NCBI GenBank assembly: GCA_028280345.1
Contig: JANQLY010000023.1
Location: forward strand, 196,201-260,200
Length of the DNA: 64,000 nucleotides
DNA from: Pseudomonadales bacterium
Lineage (GTDB): Bacteria; Pseudomonadota; Gammaproteobacteria; Pseudomonadales; UBA7239
Reading direction: 5' to 3'
Shown: piece by piece, positions 10,551 through 22,431 of the stretch
Layout of the letters: the number at the start of each line of letters is the position of its first letter
How positions within the stretch are numbered: the first letter of the stretch is position 1
Position numbers and translations under genes: made by a program
The notes under the pieces: model-generated
The model's database searches: none
What the model saw: only the letters and a program-made list of their open reading frames with translations
What the model was told of the DNA's origin: nothing

Positions 10551-11542
10551 GACACCTCTCCTCCCGACTGACCATATAGTGCCAGCGCTGTAAGCACCTG
10601 TTCCATGTGTTTGGCTCCGCTGTCAGGCAACACTTCTACACCTGGCATACGTAAACCGTAGACTTCCCCACTCTTTTCGGATTCCAGCGCCCAGTAACAC
10701 AGTGTGGACAGCCGCTCCTCGACTCCCAGTGTCGGCAGCGTTTCCCAGTCAAGCCAAAGAAAGCTCTCGGTGTAATCAATAAACTCTCTGGCTTTTAATC
10801 CTTGCCCCTTGGCCGCATGTTTCCAGGAAACCTGACGCAGTGACATACCCGGTATGTAATCCTGCAGGCTGTCGAACTCTTCGCTACCTTTTTGTGTGCC
10901 ACTTTCCTCACCCTCACCATCAGCACTTTTCACTGCTTGTAAATCGGCAAAGCGCACAGGTTTGGGGTACGTCAGAATACGCACATCCATATCCATATGG
11001 GTCCAGCTGCGAATAATGCCGAGAGGAAATGTGGTCTGAATCGTAATGCGACCGGGATTAAACCAACCTCGCCGCGTAGCCTGCACCGGCACTTTAATTC
11101 TTTGTTGAGGTGTATTTACCAGCCCGGTATGGATATAGTGTTCCTTGTGCCAGCCAATATGCAGGCTATCTCTGTTCTGTCCTTCCCGTGTTTGCAACAA
11201 AAACTCTACATCGGCATATTCTCCGGCAAATACCGTCGGCACATGAACCACCGACAACTGTAATCCGGACATATTGTTAAACGTATGTAATATGGCAACA
11301 ACAAACAATGCAATTAATAAAAAGCCGAGACCAAATGCGAGATTGTTTTCATAATTGGTAGCTGCTATCCATAGTGTGGCAACCACAATAAAGTAAAACA
11401 GCGCGTGGCGATTGGGAAAAATAAAAATATTCTTCTGGGTCAGCGTGACCTGCTGCGAAGGGGGAATACGCCGGTCAATCCAGCTCTTGTAGCGGCTGCG
11501 CCCCTGTTCAATCAGTGTGTTGACGAGCGCTGGTCTCGCCAC
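10547..11542 (-). CDS. DUF58-domain protein (MoxR-associated, vWA-like)
   Basis: 331-aa ORF translationally coupled between the MoxR ATPase and TgpA. Classic MoxR-DUF58-TGase operon. Confidence 0.7.
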   Translation of the reverse strand: MARPALVNTLIEQGRSRYKSWIDRRIPPSQQVTLTQKNIFIFPNRHALFYFIVVATLWIAATNYENNLAFGLGFLLIALFVVAILHTFNNMSGLQLSVVHVPTVFAGEYADVEFLLQTREGQNRDSLHIGWHKEHYIHTGLVNTPQQRIKVPVQATRRGWFNPGRITIQTTFPLGIIRSWTHMDMDVRILTYPKPVRFADLQAVKSADGEGEESGTQKGSEEFDSLQDYIPGMSLRQVSWKHAAKGQGLKAREFIDYTESFLWLDWETLPTLGVEERLSTLCYWALESEKSGEVYGLRMPGVEVLPDSGAKHMEQVLTALALYGQSGGEVS

Positions 11543-11544
11543 GC

Positions 11545-12462
11545 TCAGGCCACCACTTCAACACTGTTCAGTATCCATTCTCCGAGAGAACGATCCCCCT
11601 GGGAATAATCAGCCCCATCGCGCAGGCGATGCACCACTACGGCGTCAAAAACCGCCTGCACATCTTCGGGAATCACATGATCGCGGCCTTCTATTAATGC
11701 CCAGGCCCGCGCAGAGCGGATAATCGCAAGCGCTGCACGCGGCGATAATCCCCAGGCAAGACGCGCATTGCTGCGAGTAAACTGTACAAGGCGCTCGACA
11801 TAGCTCAACAGCGTTTCCGTAGCCTGAATACTGTTAACCTGATTCTGTATTTGCATCAACTCTGCCGTATTGACAACAGCCTGCAACTGGCGCAACTGAT
11901 CACGGGGGTCAAGCCCTTCATAAAGTTGTCGCTCGTATTTCTGATCGGGATAACCGAGCTGAATACGCATAAGAAACCGGTCGAGCTGTGATTCCGGCAG
12001 GCGGTAGGTACCAGACTGATCCGACGGGTTCTGTGTGGCAATCACAAAGAAAGGCTCAGGCAAATCGCGGGTTTCTCCTTCCACAGTAACCTGACGCTCC
12101 TCCATCGCTTCCAGCAGTGCACTCTGGGTTTTTGACGAGGTACGATTGATTTCATCTGCCAATAACACCTGGGTAAACACCGGCCCGGGATGGAAATTGA
12201 AACTGCCATCCTGCTGGTTAAATGTCGACACACCGAGAATATCAGCAGGCAGCATATCACTTGTGCATTGCACACGTTGATAGTCAAGACCGACAACCTT
12301 TGCCAGCGCATGTGCTAACGTGGTTTTACCCATTCCAGGTAAATCCTCAATCAACAGATGACCTTTTGCCAGCAGACAAGCTAACGAAAGTTTGACCTGC
12401 TCTTCCTTACCGAGCAGTACCCGACCTACTTCGGTGATTACCGACTGTAATTGTGCCTGCAT
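11545..12462 (-). CDS. MoxR-family AAA+ ATPase
   Basis: Walker A GMGKTTLAHALAKVVG. Start moved to MQAQLQ to avoid overlap with metZ; the tracked ORF extends to 12573. Confidence 0.8.
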   Translation of the reverse strand: MQAQLQSVITEVGRVLLGKEEQVKLSLACLLAKGHLLIEDLPGMGKTTLAHALAKVVGLDYQRVQCTSDMLPADILGVSTFNQQDGSFNFHPGPVFTQVLLADEINRTSSKTQSALLEAMEERQVTVEGETRDLPEPFFVIATQNPSDQSGTYRLPESQLDRFLMRIQLGYPDQKYERQLYEGLDPRDQLRQLQAVVNTAELMQIQNQVNSIQATETLLSYVERLVQFTRSNARLAWGLSPRAALAIIRSARAWALIEGRDHVIPEDVQAVFDAVVVHRLRDGADYSQGDRSLGEWILNSVEVVA

Positions 12463-12505
12463 CGCTGCTTTATTCCCGCTGTTAACTTTTGTATCCACCG
12501 TCAAC

Positions 12506-13714
12506 TCACAACGCCGAGAGACCGCGTTCCATATCCCGCTGCAAATCAACGAGATCTTCAAGCCCCACCGCAACCCGAATCAGGTTGTCGCGAATACCTG
12601 CTTCGTCACGTTCTTCCTGCGCCAAACGACCATGGGTTGTTGTCGCCGGGTGAACAATCGTGGATTTCGCATCACCGAGGTTGGCTGTGAGTGACACCAG
12701 TTCAGTGTTATCAATAAAACGCCACGCGGCAGACTTGTCACCTTTGACTTCAAATGACAACACACCACCATAGGCACGCTGCTGCCTACTCGCAAGCTCA
12801 TGGCCAGCATGACTGGGCAACCCACCGTAGTAGACTTTCTCTATCTGCGACTGCTCATCAAGCCACTGCGCCAGTGCCAGCGCATTTGCAGAGTGGGCGT
12901 CCATTCTCAGACGCAAGGTTTCCAAGCCTTTCAGAAATACCCAGGCATTAAACGGGCTCATGGTTGGCCCGGCAGTACGCAAAAAACCCACACACTCTTC
13001 CATGACCTTTGCATCACCGGCAAGCACGCCGCCGAGACAACGCCCCTGACCATCAATGTACTTGGTTGCCGAATACCAGGTAATATCAGCACCGAATTCA
13101 CGAGGTTTTTGTAACGCCGGGGTACAAAACGTATTATCGACAATCAGCAAGGCATTGTTATTATGAGCAATATCCGCCAGCTGCTGAATATCCACCACCT
13201 CACCAAGCGGATTGGATGGGGTTTCCAGCAGCAGAAAACGGGTTTTATCTGTTATTGCCTGCTTCCAGCCATCAATATCTGTTAACGTGACATAGCTGAC
13301 GTCCACATTGAATTTTTTAATATAGCGATTAAACAACGAGATCGTTGAACCGAACACACTCTTTGAACAGATAATATGATCACCCGCTTCGAGCAAAACC
13401 ATGCACAGAGTCAAAATACCGGCCATTCCTGAAGAAGTTGCCACCGCTTGCTCTGCGCCATCGAGCGCAGCAAAACGCTGTTCAAACGTGCGCACCGTCG
13501 GGTTGGTGTAACGCGAATACACATTACCTGCTTCTTCACCGGCAAACCTTGCCGCAGCGTGAGCAGCGCTCTCAAACACGTAACTCGAAGTAGGAAAAAT
13601 CGCTTCACTGTGTTCACCTTCCGGTGTGCGCACCTGCCCCGCCCGGATAGCAAGGGTGTCTATACCTTCTATATCTGAAGGCAAGCCAGATTGTTGTTCA
13701 AGTTCTTCATCCAT
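12506..13714 (-). CDS. metZ: O-succinylhomoserine sulfhydrylase (PLP-dependent trans-sulfuration enzyme)
   Basis: 402-aa ORF of the Cys/Met-metabolism PLP family. Sits next to purF as in Pseudomonas. Confidence 0.75.
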   Translation of the reverse strand: MDEELEQQSGLPSDIEGIDTLAIRAGQVRTPEGEHSEAIFPTSSYVFESAAHAAARFAGEEAGNVYSRYTNPTVRTFEQRFAALDGAEQAVATSSGMAGILTLCMVLLEAGDHIICSKSVFGSTISLFNRYIKKFNVDVSYVTLTDIDGWKQAITDKTRFLLLETPSNPLGEVVDIQQLADIAHNNNALLIVDNTFCTPALQKPREFGADITWYSATKYIDGQGRCLGGVLAGDAKVMEECVGFLRTAGPTMSPFNAWVFLKGLETLRLRMDAHSANALALAQWLDEQSQIEKVYYGGLPSHAGHELASRQQRAYGGVLSFEVKGDKSAAWRFIDNTELVSLTANLGDAKSTIVHPATTTHGRLAQEERDEAGIRDNLIRVAVGLEDLVDLQRDMERGLSAL

Positions 13715-13765
13715 TGTCTTTATCCGCTAAAGGATTTTTCAGAAGCTCACGCTACCGGTTAATTA

Positions 13766-15274
13766 CTAACCAGTAAAGGTACCACTATTATCGGCGCTTG
13801 CTGCATTGGACTTCGCCTTTGCCGCATCGTTCCGTCGCGCATCGAGCCGATCCAGATAACCCTGATCTACGTCACCGGTAATATAATCACCATCAAATAC
13901 CGAGCACTCAAAATTTTCGATTTCCGCATACTCACCACGCGTGCTTTCAATCAGATCTTCAATATCCTGATAAACGAGCCAGTCTGCACCAATTTCCTTA
14001 CACACCTCTTCATCACTGCGCCCATGGGCAATCAGTTCATTGGCCGAAGGCATATCAATGCCATAGACATTCGGGTATTTCACTGCTGGTGAGGCCGACG
14101 CGAAATACACCTTGTTCGCACCCGCATCTCGTGCCATCTGAATAATCTGTTGGCAGGTTGTGCCACGCACAATGGAGTCATCCACCAGCATGACATTCTT
14201 ACCTTGAAACTCCAGTTCAATCGCATTGAGTTTCTGACGCACGGACTTCTTGCGCTGGGTTTGCCCGGGCATAATAAATGTGCGGCCAATGTAGCGGTTT
14301 TTCATCAGCCCCTCACGAAATTTCACACCAAGATTATGAGCGAGAATCTGACCCGCTACCCGGCTGGTATCCGGCACGGGAATAACTACATCAATATCGT
14401 GATCCGGTCGCAGGCGCTCAATTTTTTCCGCCAGTTTTTCCCCCATACGCAACCGTGCTTTATACACCGAGATACCATCAATGATTGAATCGGGACGCGC
14501 AAAATACACATGCTCAAACACACAGGGCACGAGGGATGGATTGGTTGCACACTGCTTACTGTGGAAGGTGCCGTCGGGCTCAATAAAAATAGCTTCGCCT
14601 GGCAGCACATCCCTGACCAGTTCAAAACCCTGCACATCGAGCGCCACACTTTCCGAAGCGATCATGTACTCCACTCCCTGTTCAGTTTCGCATTTGCCAA
14701 ACACCAGCGGGCGAATACCATAGGGGTCGCGAAACGCCACGATACCATAATTGGCGATCATCGCTGTGACCGCATAGGCACCGCGACAGTACTCGTGCAG
14801 CTTGGCAACAGAGGCAAAAATATCTTCAGCTTCCGGAATCAGCTTGCCACGCTGTTGCAATTCAAACGCAAAGATATTCAGTAGCACTTCGGAATCCGAG
14901 TCAGTATTCACATGGCGCAGCCCGGTTTTAAATAACTGCTCCATGAGTTCCTCACTATTGGTAAGGTTACCATTATGGGAAAGGCTGATACCGTAAGGTG
15001 AATTCACATAGAATGGCTGCGCAAGCGCCGGACTTGAGCTACCCGCTGTTGGATAACGTACATGACCAATCCCCATTGTGCCAACCAGACGCTCCATATG
15101 GGAGGTACGAAACACATCCTTGACGAGGCCATTACCCTTCTGTTGATAAACCTTGCCATTGTCACAAGTGGCAATGCCAGCCGCATCCTGACCACGGTGT
15201 TGCAACATCGTTAATGCATCATACAGGCGCACATTAACTTCACTTCGCCCAACTATACCTACAATGCCACACAT
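13766..15274 (-). CDS. purF: amidophosphoribosyltransferase
   Basis: N-terminal MCGIVGIVG (Ntn catalytic Cys). PRT domain. 502 aa. Confidence 0.9.
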   Translation of the reverse strand: MCGIVGIVGRSEVNVRLYDALTMLQHRGQDAAGIATCDNGKVYQQKGNGLVKDVFRTSHMERLVGTMGIGHVRYPTAGSSSPALAQPFYVNSPYGISLSHNGNLTNSEELMEQLFKTGLRHVNTDSDSEVLLNIFAFELQQRGKLIPEAEDIFASVAKLHEYCRGAYAVTAMIANYGIVAFRDPYGIRPLVFGKCETEQGVEYMIASESVALDVQGFELVRDVLPGEAIFIEPDGTFHSKQCATNPSLVPCVFEHVYFARPDSIIDGISVYKARLRMGEKLAEKIERLRPDHDIDVVIPVPDTSRVAGQILAHNLGVKFREGLMKNRYIGRTFIMPGQTQRKKSVRQKLNAIELEFQGKNVMLVDDSIVRGTTCQQIIQMARDAGANKVYFASASPAVKYPNVYGIDMPSANELIAHGRSDEEVCKEIGADWLVYQDIEDLIESTRGEYAEIENFECSVFDGDYITGDVDQGYLDRLDARRNDAAKAKSNAASADNSGTFTG

Positions 15275-15302
15275 AAAATCTTACCTGCCTAAATTGTATC
15301 TG

Positions 15303-15803
15303 CTACTTTGTATTACCAATCAAATCCGATGCGAGACCGGTAATCTCATCCGCGGTTTCCCTTGCCCAGGACTCCATGGTGAGAAAATGTGGAATCAATG
15401 TCGACTGCCTCCACCAGGAGTCCTGCTGGAATGTAGACGGCATAAAAATTAACACCACCAGCACTACCATAACCCCGCGAGCCGCACCAAACAACACACC
15501 AAAAAAACGGTCGGTTCCAGACAACCCGGTCATTCGCACAAGCTCGGCAATCAGGTAATTCACCATCGCACCTACCACAAGAGTAGCCGCAAACAATATG
15601 GCCATAGCAACAGTGAGCCGTAGTGACGGTGTAGTGATCTGATCCTGCAGCAACACTGCGAGCTTCTCGCCAAACAGAAACGACACTGCAATCGCCGTAA
15701 CCCAGACAATCAACGACAACACTTCCTTGACGAAACCACGTTTGAGACTTATCAGGGCAGAAATAACAATAACTGCTATCAATACCCAGTCTGCCACATT
15801 CAC
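15303..15803 (-). CDS. cvpA: colicin V production protein CvpA
   Basis: 166-aa four-TM protein immediately upstream of purF (conserved cvpA-purF arrangement). Confidence 0.8.
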   Translation of the reverse strand: MNVADWVLIAVIVISALISLKRGFVKEVLSLIVWVTAIAVSFLFGEKLAVLLQDQITTPSLRLTVAMAILFAATLVVGAMVNYLIAELVRMTGLSGTDRFFGVLFGAARGVMVVLVVLIFMPSTFQQDSWWRQSTLIPHFLTMESWARETADEITGLASDLIGNTK

Positions 15804-15821
15804 GCTCTACTGTACCTCATA

Positions 15822-16361
15822 CTACACTTCAAACTTAATCACCAGCGACTTAAGCTGGTATTGCTTATCGACTTTCTGTTTAACCACAAGCGCACTTTGT
15901 TTATCCAGTTTTGGCCCGATCATCACACGGGTTATCGACTTGCCATTACTTTGTACGGTGCGGGTAAATGATTTGTAACCCTGTTGCTGCAAGTCCGCTG
16001 CAAACTTGTCAGCCTTGTCCCGATCAGAAAAACTGCCGACCTGTACAACCCAGGCTTTTGGAGTGCCGGATTCCGTCAAACCTGGCGGCTCTGCCTTGGT
16101 GGCTTCTTCAACACTCTCCTCAACCTCCTCAGGTGTTGGCTCCAGAGTGTACATTTCCTGAACCGGCCGGCTGTCGGCGGGCAGCTCCGGGCGCTGCGCC
16201 TGCTTCACTTCGATTGGCTCCAATGCGGGCATAGGAGGAATTTCCTTGAGGGTATCAACAGCGTCAGGACGGCCACCGTTAAACAGTGCCGGTAGAAATA
16301 TTACCGCCAGCGCTACCAGTACCACTGCGCCCACCAGGCGTTGCTTTAAAGCCTGATCCAT
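15822..16361 (-). CDS. dedD: SPOR-domain cell-division protein DedD
   Basis: N-terminal TM helix, Pro/Glu-rich linker, C-terminal SPOR domain (WVVQVGSFSDRDKADKFAADL). Conserved folC-dedD-cvpA-purF order. Confidence 0.65.
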   Translation of the reverse strand: MDQALKQRLVGAVVLVALAVIFLPALFNGGRPDAVDTLKEIPPMPALEPIEVKQAQRPELPADSRPVQEMYTLEPTPEEVEESVEEATKAEPPGLTESGTPKAWVVQVGSFSDRDKADKFAADLQQQGYKSFTRTVQSNGKSITRVMIGPKLDKQSALVVKQKVDKQYQLKSLVIKFEV

Positions 16362-16406
16362 CTAACCCCCTAATTTGAAACTGTTCACTCGTACATCGTC
16401 GAGCAG

Positions 16407-17690
16407 CTAATCCACCGTTTTACCCAGTGCCAGTAATGCCTCTGCAACGGTAAAAAACGAACCACACACGAGCAAACAGCCTCCCCTGTCTACACGGTGT
16501 AACGCCGCCTCCAGTGCAGCGCCTATAGTATCAAATACCTGCGCCTCGACCCTAACATCCTGTGCCGCCTGCGCCAGTTTTTTTGCCGTCAGTGCTCTGG
16601 GCACTGGCAGTGGCGCCAGATACCAGTGATCGACACAGCTATCCAGTACGTGCATCACCTCACAATAGTCCTTGTCCTGCAAGCTTGAAAAGACACAACT
16701 CACCCCCTGGATCCCACGCTCTTGCAAGCTCTCGGAAAGCTGTGTCGCCGCTGCCGGATTGTGGGCTACATCGCAAATCACGATAACACCATTGTGTTCA
16801 ATTTGCTGGAAACGGCCTGCCAGTTCAAGTTCCTGCAACGCACGGTTTACATGAGCTGCCGTCAGACCATAATCAAGCAGCTGTAAAGCCTGTATTGCGC
16901 AAGCTACACTCGCAGCCGGCAGATTGGTGCGCGGCAACTGAGTAAAATCCTCTGTTTGCCTGTCCTGCGTTTGACCAAACCAGGTATCAACCATTTCGCC
17001 AGACATATCCACCCGCCAACCAAAATCATGGCCTAAACAGTAGTACTGTGCCGGACTAAGAGCCAGCGCAGCCTCAACAACACTGGCTGGAGGCATTGCC
17101 TCCCCGACAATTAGCGGAATATCCGCACGGAAGATACCGGCCTTTTCTTTGCCAATAGTTTCCCGATCAGAGCCAAGCCAGCTTTGATGATCCAGAGCGA
17201 TATTGGTAACAATTGCAATCGTCGGATCGATAATATTTACCGCATCCAGACGGCCACCCAGCCCAACTTCGAGCAACTGTATATCGACCTGCTCCTGCGC
17301 AAAAATATCCAGTGCTGCGAGCGTACCAAACTCAAAGTACGTCAGGCTCGTTTTGCCGCGCGCCTTATCAATACGGGTAAACGACGCACACAGCGCATCA
17401 TCCTCTACCATGGCGCCATTGATACGAACTCTTTCGTTGTAGCGCAACAAGTGTGGCGAAGTATAGGCTCCAACCTTAAGCCCAAGCTCGCACAGTATGG
17501 CTTGCAGTGCCGTAACACAGGAGCCTTTGCCGTTAGTTCCGGCTACGGTGATCGTTGGTATATTGGAAAAGCGACTGTAGGAACCCAGTTTTTGCGCAAC
17601 GCCACTGACCCGTTGCAACCCAAGCTCAATCGACTCTGGATGTAACTGCTCCTGCCAAGCCAGCCACTCATCAAGATTCCTGGTTGGCAT
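16407..17690 (-). CDS. folC: bifunctional folylpolyglutamate synthase/dihydrofolate synthase
   Basis: 427-aa Mur-ligase-family protein with P-loop TVAGTNGKGS. Position downstream of accD. Confidence 0.85.
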   Translation of the reverse strand: MPTRNLDEWLAWQEQLHPESIELGLQRVSGVAQKLGSYSRFSNIPTITVAGTNGKGSCVTALQAILCELGLKVGAYTSPHLLRYNERVRINGAMVEDDALCASFTRIDKARGKTSLTYFEFGTLAALDIFAQEQVDIQLLEVGLGGRLDAVNIIDPTIAIVTNIALDHQSWLGSDRETIGKEKAGIFRADIPLIVGEAMPPASVVEAALALSPAQYYCLGHDFGWRVDMSGEMVDTWFGQTQDRQTEDFTQLPRTNLPAASVACAIQALQLLDYGLTAAHVNRALQELELAGRFQQIEHNGVIVICDVAHNPAAATQLSESLQERGIQGVSCVFSSLQDKDYCEVMHVLDSCVDHWYLAPLPVPRALTAKKLAQAAQDVRVEAQVFDTIGAALEAALHRVDRGGCLLVCGSFFTVAEALLALGKTVD

Positions 17691-17724
17691 ATTTTTGTAC
17701 TATGTTGCTATAACAGAGATAACA

Positions 17725-18600
17725 TCAAGCCGTTTTTTTATAGTGTGTGAACATGCTTAGCAGAGAGCTGATGCGATCACGCATCTCCGCACGGTGTACA
17801 ATCATATCAATCGCACCGTGGTCGAGCAGGAACTCACTACGCTGAAAGCCCTTTGGTAATTTTTGGCGAATCGTTTGCTCAATAATATTCGGACCGGCAA
17901 ACCCTGCCCGCGCACCGGGTTCTGCGACATTCACATCGCCAAGCAAAGCCAGACTCGCTGACACCCCCCCGTAAACCGGATCAGTCATAATAGAAATATA
18001 AGGCACACCCTTTTCTTTCATACGCTCAAGGATTGCACTGGTTTTTGCCATTTGCATCAGCGAAATCAACGCTTCCTGCATACGCGCCCCACCGGTTGCA
18101 GAAAAGCAAATCAATGGAATTTCTTCATCGAGAGCCAGTTGTGCCGCGCGAGTAAACTTTTCTCCCACCGCGTAGCCCATTGAGCCACCGTGAAACGCAA
18201 ACTCAAACACACAGACAACCACATCCTGATCTTTTAAAGTACCACGTACAGCAACCAGCGCATCTTTTTCACCGGTTTGTTTTTGTGCCGATGTGAGTCG
18301 ATCTTTGTACTTTTTAACATCCTTGAAATTGAGGCGATCAATCGGTTCAACTTCATCAGCGAGTTCAATCTGCTCACCTTCATCAAGAAACAGGCTCAGA
18401 CGGCGGCGAGCACCGATACGCATATGGTGGTCACATTTGGGACACACATCGAGTTTTTTGTCGAGATCCGGGCGATAGAGCACGGCCTCACATTTCGGAC
18501 ATTTTTTCCACAAACCTTCCGGTATATCACTACTACCTTTCTGTTTGCGTTTTTCAGAACGTATTGCTGCCGGTTTTATCTTGTCTAGCCAACTCGCCAT
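17725..18600 (-). CDS. accD: acetyl-CoA carboxylase carboxyltransferase beta subunit
   Basis: N-terminal Zn ribbon CPKC...CPKC. Carboxyltransferase domain. 291 aa. Confidence 0.9.
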   Translation of the reverse strand: MASWLDKIKPAAIRSEKRKQKGSSDIPEGLWKKCPKCEAVLYRPDLDKKLDVCPKCDHHMRIGARRRLSLFLDEGEQIELADEVEPIDRLNFKDVKKYKDRLTSAQKQTGEKDALVAVRGTLKDQDVVVCVFEFAFHGGSMGYAVGEKFTRAAQLALDEEIPLICFSATGGARMQEALISLMQMAKTSAILERMKEKGVPYISIMTDPVYGGVSASLALLGDVNVAEPGARAGFAGPNIIEQTIRQKLPKGFQRSEFLLDHGAIDMIVHRAEMRDRISSLLSMFTHYKKTA

Positions 18601-18684
18601 GGTCTTCTCTCTACTAAACCTCGTTACCCTTACTCTCTTCCACTGCCACCTGATTTAACTCAGGCCACTCATTATAGTACGTTG

Positions 18685-19500
18685 TTAAAGGCTGTCTATT
18701 GCCTCGCGCATTTCACCGAGGAGTGATGCTACATCATCTACAGCACTCTCCGCCGTTGCGCCCGAATCGCTGACAGCAGCCATTTTGTCTACGAGCACGC
18801 TGCCCACAACAGCACCTTCAGCAAGACTCGCAATCTGCTTCGCAGAGTCCGCATCCTTGATACCAAAACCGACGCAAAACGGCAAATCGGTATACTGTTT
18901 ATATTCTGCCACTTTGCTTTTCACATCTTCAATATCCAGGTGTCCGGCACCGGTCACCCCTTTCAGGGAAACATAATACAGATAGCCCGTTGCCATGGCA
19001 CAAATTCGCTGCGCACGCTCACCGGTTGTGGTCGGCGCAAGCAGAAAAATATTGTCGATACCGACACGCTGCAGCTCCCTGTGCAAATCCCCCGCTTCTT
19101 CTGCGGGCAGATCAACGGTCAAAACCCCATCAACACCGGCCTCACTGGCATGATCAGCAAATGTGGCGTAACCCATACGCTCAATGGGATTGGTATAACC
19201 CATCAATACCACCGGGGTCTGATTATCTTGCTCGCGAAACTGTGCAACCAGATCCAGTGTCATGCGCAAACTCACATGGTGAACCAGGGCGCGCTCATGC
19301 CCTTTCTGAATCACAGGTCCCTCTGCCATCGGGTCGGAAAATGGCACACCGAGCTCGATAATACTCGCACCTTTTCCCACCATCGCATGCATGGCAGCAA
19401 GGGTTGCTTCTACAGAAGGGTCTCCACATACAATATAAGGCACCAGCGCTTTTTTATTTGCGTCAGCTAATGCCTGCAAACAGCTTGCAATTCTACTCAA
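18685..19500 (-). CDS. trpA: tryptophan synthase alpha chain
   Basis: 271 aa. Follows trpB. Confidence 0.9.
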   Translation of the reverse strand: MSRIASCLQALADANKKALVPYIVCGDPSVEATLAAMHAMVGKGASIIELGVPFSDPMAEGPVIQKGHERALVHHVSLRMTLDLVAQFREQDNQTPVVLMGYTNPIERMGYATFADHASEAGVDGVLTVDLPAEEAGDLHRELQRVGIDNIFLLAPTTTGERAQRICAMATGYLYYVSLKGVTGAGHLDIEDVKSKVAEYKQYTDLPFCVGFGIKDADSAKQIASLAEGAVVGSVLVDKMAAVSDSGATAESAVDDVASLLGEMREAIDSL

Positions 19501-19517
19501 CAGTCCAGCTCCGTTTA

Positions 19518-20789
19518 CTACACTTTAATACCATCAATGTCTGCCACAGTGAGAATATCCTTATCACCACGGCCCGACAGATTCACAACAATAATTTGCT
19601 CTTTTGACATACTCGGCGCAAGTTTTTCCAAATACGCCACAGCATGACTCGATTCCAGCGCAGGCATAATACCTTCAATGCGCGTCAGCTTACGAAAAGC
19701 GGCAAGCGCTTCATCATCATTCACGGCAACATAGCTGGCACGCCCGGTATCGCGTAACCACGAGTGTTCCGGACCGACCCCCGGATAGTCGAGGCCCGCC
19801 GACACTGAATGGGTTTCAATAATTTGTCCATCTTCATCGGACATCAGATAGGTGCGGTTACCGTGCAGTACACCGGGCAAACCGGCATTGAGAGGCGCTG
19901 CATGACGGCCAGTTTCAACACCATCCCCACCAGCTTCCACACCATAAATAGCCACTCCCTCATCTTCCAGGAAGGGATGAAACAAACCAATTGCATTAGA
20001 GCCACCGCCAACACAGGCCACAAGTGCATCGGGCAATTTCCCGGTTTGCTCAAGGCATTGGCGACGCGCTTCACGTCCAATTACACACTGGAAATCACGC
20101 ACGAGCATCGGATAAGGATGCGGGCCAGCCACTGTACCAATAATGTAAAAGGTATTGTCAACATTAGTAACCCAGTCGCGCATCGCTTCGTTCATTGCAT
20201 CCTTCAACGTACGCGAACCTGAAGTTACAGAAACGACCTCTGCACCAAGCAGCTTCATGCGATACACGTTAAGCGCCTGGCGACGCACATCTTCTTCCCC
20301 CATATAAACCACACATTCCATACCCATGCGTGCAGCTACGGTAGCCGTTGCCACACCGTGCTGCCCGGCACCGGTTTCTGCGATCACACGTTTTTTACCA
20401 CTGTGCTTGGCAAGCAAGGCCTGACCGATCGTATTGTTAACCTTGTGCGCACCAGTATGATTGAGATCTTCCCGTTTCAGATAAATCTGTGCACCACCGA
20501 GATCCTGCGTTAAACGCTCGGCAAAATACAATGGTGAGGGACGCCCTACATAATGCGCCAGATCACGATCAAACTCAGCGAGAAAATCCGGATCACTTTT
20601 CAACCTGGCATAACTCTCATCCAGTTCGGTAACCGCAGCCATCAACGTTTCCGACACAAAACGACCACCGTAAATACCAAAATGCCCATCTGCATCCGGG
20701 TATTCACCGTAGGTGGTATCTGTCGACTTCTCTACTTCACTCACAACTTTCTTTCTCTTCGTTAATCGATTGCTGTTACGGAGCGCCAC
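19518..20789 (-). CDS. trpB: tryptophan synthase beta chain
   Basis: PLP-lysine motif HTGAHK. 423 aa. Confidence 0.9.
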   Translation of the reverse strand: MALRNSNRLTKRKKVVSEVEKSTDTTYGEYPDADGHFGIYGGRFVSETLMAAVTELDESYARLKSDPDFLAEFDRDLAHYVGRPSPLYFAERLTQDLGGAQIYLKREDLNHTGAHKVNNTIGQALLAKHSGKKRVIAETGAGQHGVATATVAARMGMECVVYMGEEDVRRQALNVYRMKLLGAEVVSVTSGSRTLKDAMNEAMRDWVTNVDNTFYIIGTVAGPHPYPMLVRDFQCVIGREARRQCLEQTGKLPDALVACVGGGSNAIGLFHPFLEDEGVAIYGVEAGGDGVETGRHAAPLNAGLPGVLHGNRTYLMSDEDGQIIETHSVSAGLDYPGVGPEHSWLRDTGRASYVAVNDDEALAAFRKLTRIEGIMPALESSHAVAYLEKLAPSMSKEQIIVVNLSGRGDKDILTVADIDGIKV

Positions 20790-21427
20790 TACTCTGAACT
20801 GTTCCGAACAGCCTCAATGAATGCACTAATTTTGCCGCGATCTTTTTTGCCTGGAGCACTTTCAACACCACCGCTCACATCTACCGCACAGGGTTTGACA
20901 GTGCGAATAGCGTCGGCAACATTGTCTGGATTCAAACCGCCCGCAAGTACCAGGCTATGACGAATACTCGCGGGCAATAGTGACCAGTCAAATGTTTCAC
21001 CAGTTCCACCAGGCACCCCGGGCTTGTAACTGTCCACGAGAATACCACTGGCTGCTGCATAGTCTGCCATGGCAGACTCTACCTGCGTATCCGGTTTAAT
21101 ACGCAATGCCTTGATCCACGGGCGCTGAAATTGTGTGCAATATGCAGCGTCTTCACTGCCGTGAAATTGCAGAACATGTAACGGCACCTGCTGCAGAACC
21201 TTCTCAACCTCATCAGGCTGCGCATCGACAAACAGACCCACAAGGGTTGTAAATGGCCCTACTGCCTGTGCGATTTCACGTGCCTGCCCAATGGATACTG
21301 CACGCGGGCTCGGCGCATAAAACACCAGACCAATCGCATCCGCACCACTCTCACACGCATGCACCGCATCGCCGGAATCGGTAATACCACAGATTTTTAT
21401 CCGCGGTTGTGCTGCCTTGGTAGCCAC
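20789..21427 (-). CDS. trpF: phosphoribosylanthranilate isomerase
   Basis: 212-aa TIM-barrel protein. trpF-trpB-trpA operon order. Confidence 0.85.
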   Translation of the reverse strand: MATKAAQPRIKICGITDSGDAVHACESGADAIGLVFYAPSPRAVSIGQAREIAQAVGPFTTLVGLFVDAQPDEVEKVLQQVPLHVLQFHGSEDAAYCTQFQRPWIKALRIKPDTQVESAMADYAAASGILVDSYKPGVPGGTGETFDWSLLPASIRHSLVLAGGLNPDNVADAIRTVKPCAVDVSGGVESAPGKKDRGKISAFIEAVRNSSE

Positions 21428-21505
21428 GGGTTTGTTTACCTATCGTCTAACCTTGTTGAGTTTGCAGAAACCTGCATTCAGGACGTTACAAAGCTGGTTA
21501 TTTTA

Positions 21506-22366
21506 TCAGATTCCACTAATCACTGCTTCAAACATACCACCATTAAGGTCAGGGTTTTCAGAGGCTGTTATTGGCAGATTAAAGCTCGGCGGATAGTCCA
21601 CGCGATACAAATACAATCCGCTCGGTGCTGCCGTTTTACCCGCACAACGCCGATCCCTGCTCGCCAGTACTTCCGCAATCCATCGTGGCGGCTTATTGCC
21701 ACATCCCACTTCAAGCAGAGTACCAACGATATTGCGTACCATATTGTGAAGAAAAGCATTGGCTCTGATCTCTACCATTACCAGAGCGCCATAGCGACTC
21801 ACGCTCACTGATTCCACACAGCGAAACGGCGTACGTGACTGGCACGAAGCTCCACGAAACGCACTGAAGTCCTGCTCACCGAGCAACTGCTGTGCCGCAT
21901 CGTGCATACACGACTCATCAAGAGGACGTTTCTCCCAGGTCAACAGTTCACTGCCCAGTGCCGGACGTATCGTGCGATTAACAATAAAGTAGCGATAGGT
22001 TCGCGCCTGTGCCGAGAAGCGCGCATGAAACTCCTGGGGCACCACCTGCACCCATAGCACCTTGATATCGTCCGGCAAGCGCGTATTCACACCGTTTAAC
22101 CAGGCACGTAGTGGACGTTGAACCTGTGTATCAAAATGCACCACCTGACCACTCGCGTGCACACCACTATCGGTGCGCCCTGCGCAGATAACGGTTATCG
22201 GGCTGTCCGCAATGCTCGAAAGCGCCTCTTCCAGTTGCGCCTGAACACTGGGCTCGGGGTGGCCGGTCTGGCGCTGCCAGCCATGATAGCGAGTGCCGCG
22301 GTACTCAATGCCCAGCGCATAGCGCATAGAATGAAAAATGCCCGATGAGTCTGACTCACCGGGCAT
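21506..22366 (-). CDS. truA: tRNA pseudouridine(38-40) synthase
   Basis: TruA family with catalytic Asp in the RTDSGVHA motif. True start may be MRYALG at ~22327. Confidence 0.85.
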   Translation of the reverse strand: MPGESDSSGIFHSMRYALGIEYRGTRYHGWQRQTGHPEPSVQAQLEEALSSIADSPITVICAGRTDSGVHASGQVVHFDTQVQRPLRAWLNGVNTRLPDDIKVLWVQVVPQEFHARFSAQARTYRYFIVNRTIRPALGSELLTWEKRPLDESCMHDAAQQLLGEQDFSAFRGASCQSRTPFRCVESVSVSRYGALVMVEIRANAFLHNMVRNIVGTLLEVGCGNKPPRWIAEVLASRDRRCAGKTAAPSGLYLYRVDYPPSFNLPITASENPDLNGGMFEAVISGI

Positions 22367-22431
22367 TGTTTGGGATGGTTGCGATTCAGAAATTGTCGCA
22401 AGTCCTCTTCAAGGATTACGCGCTCATGCGC

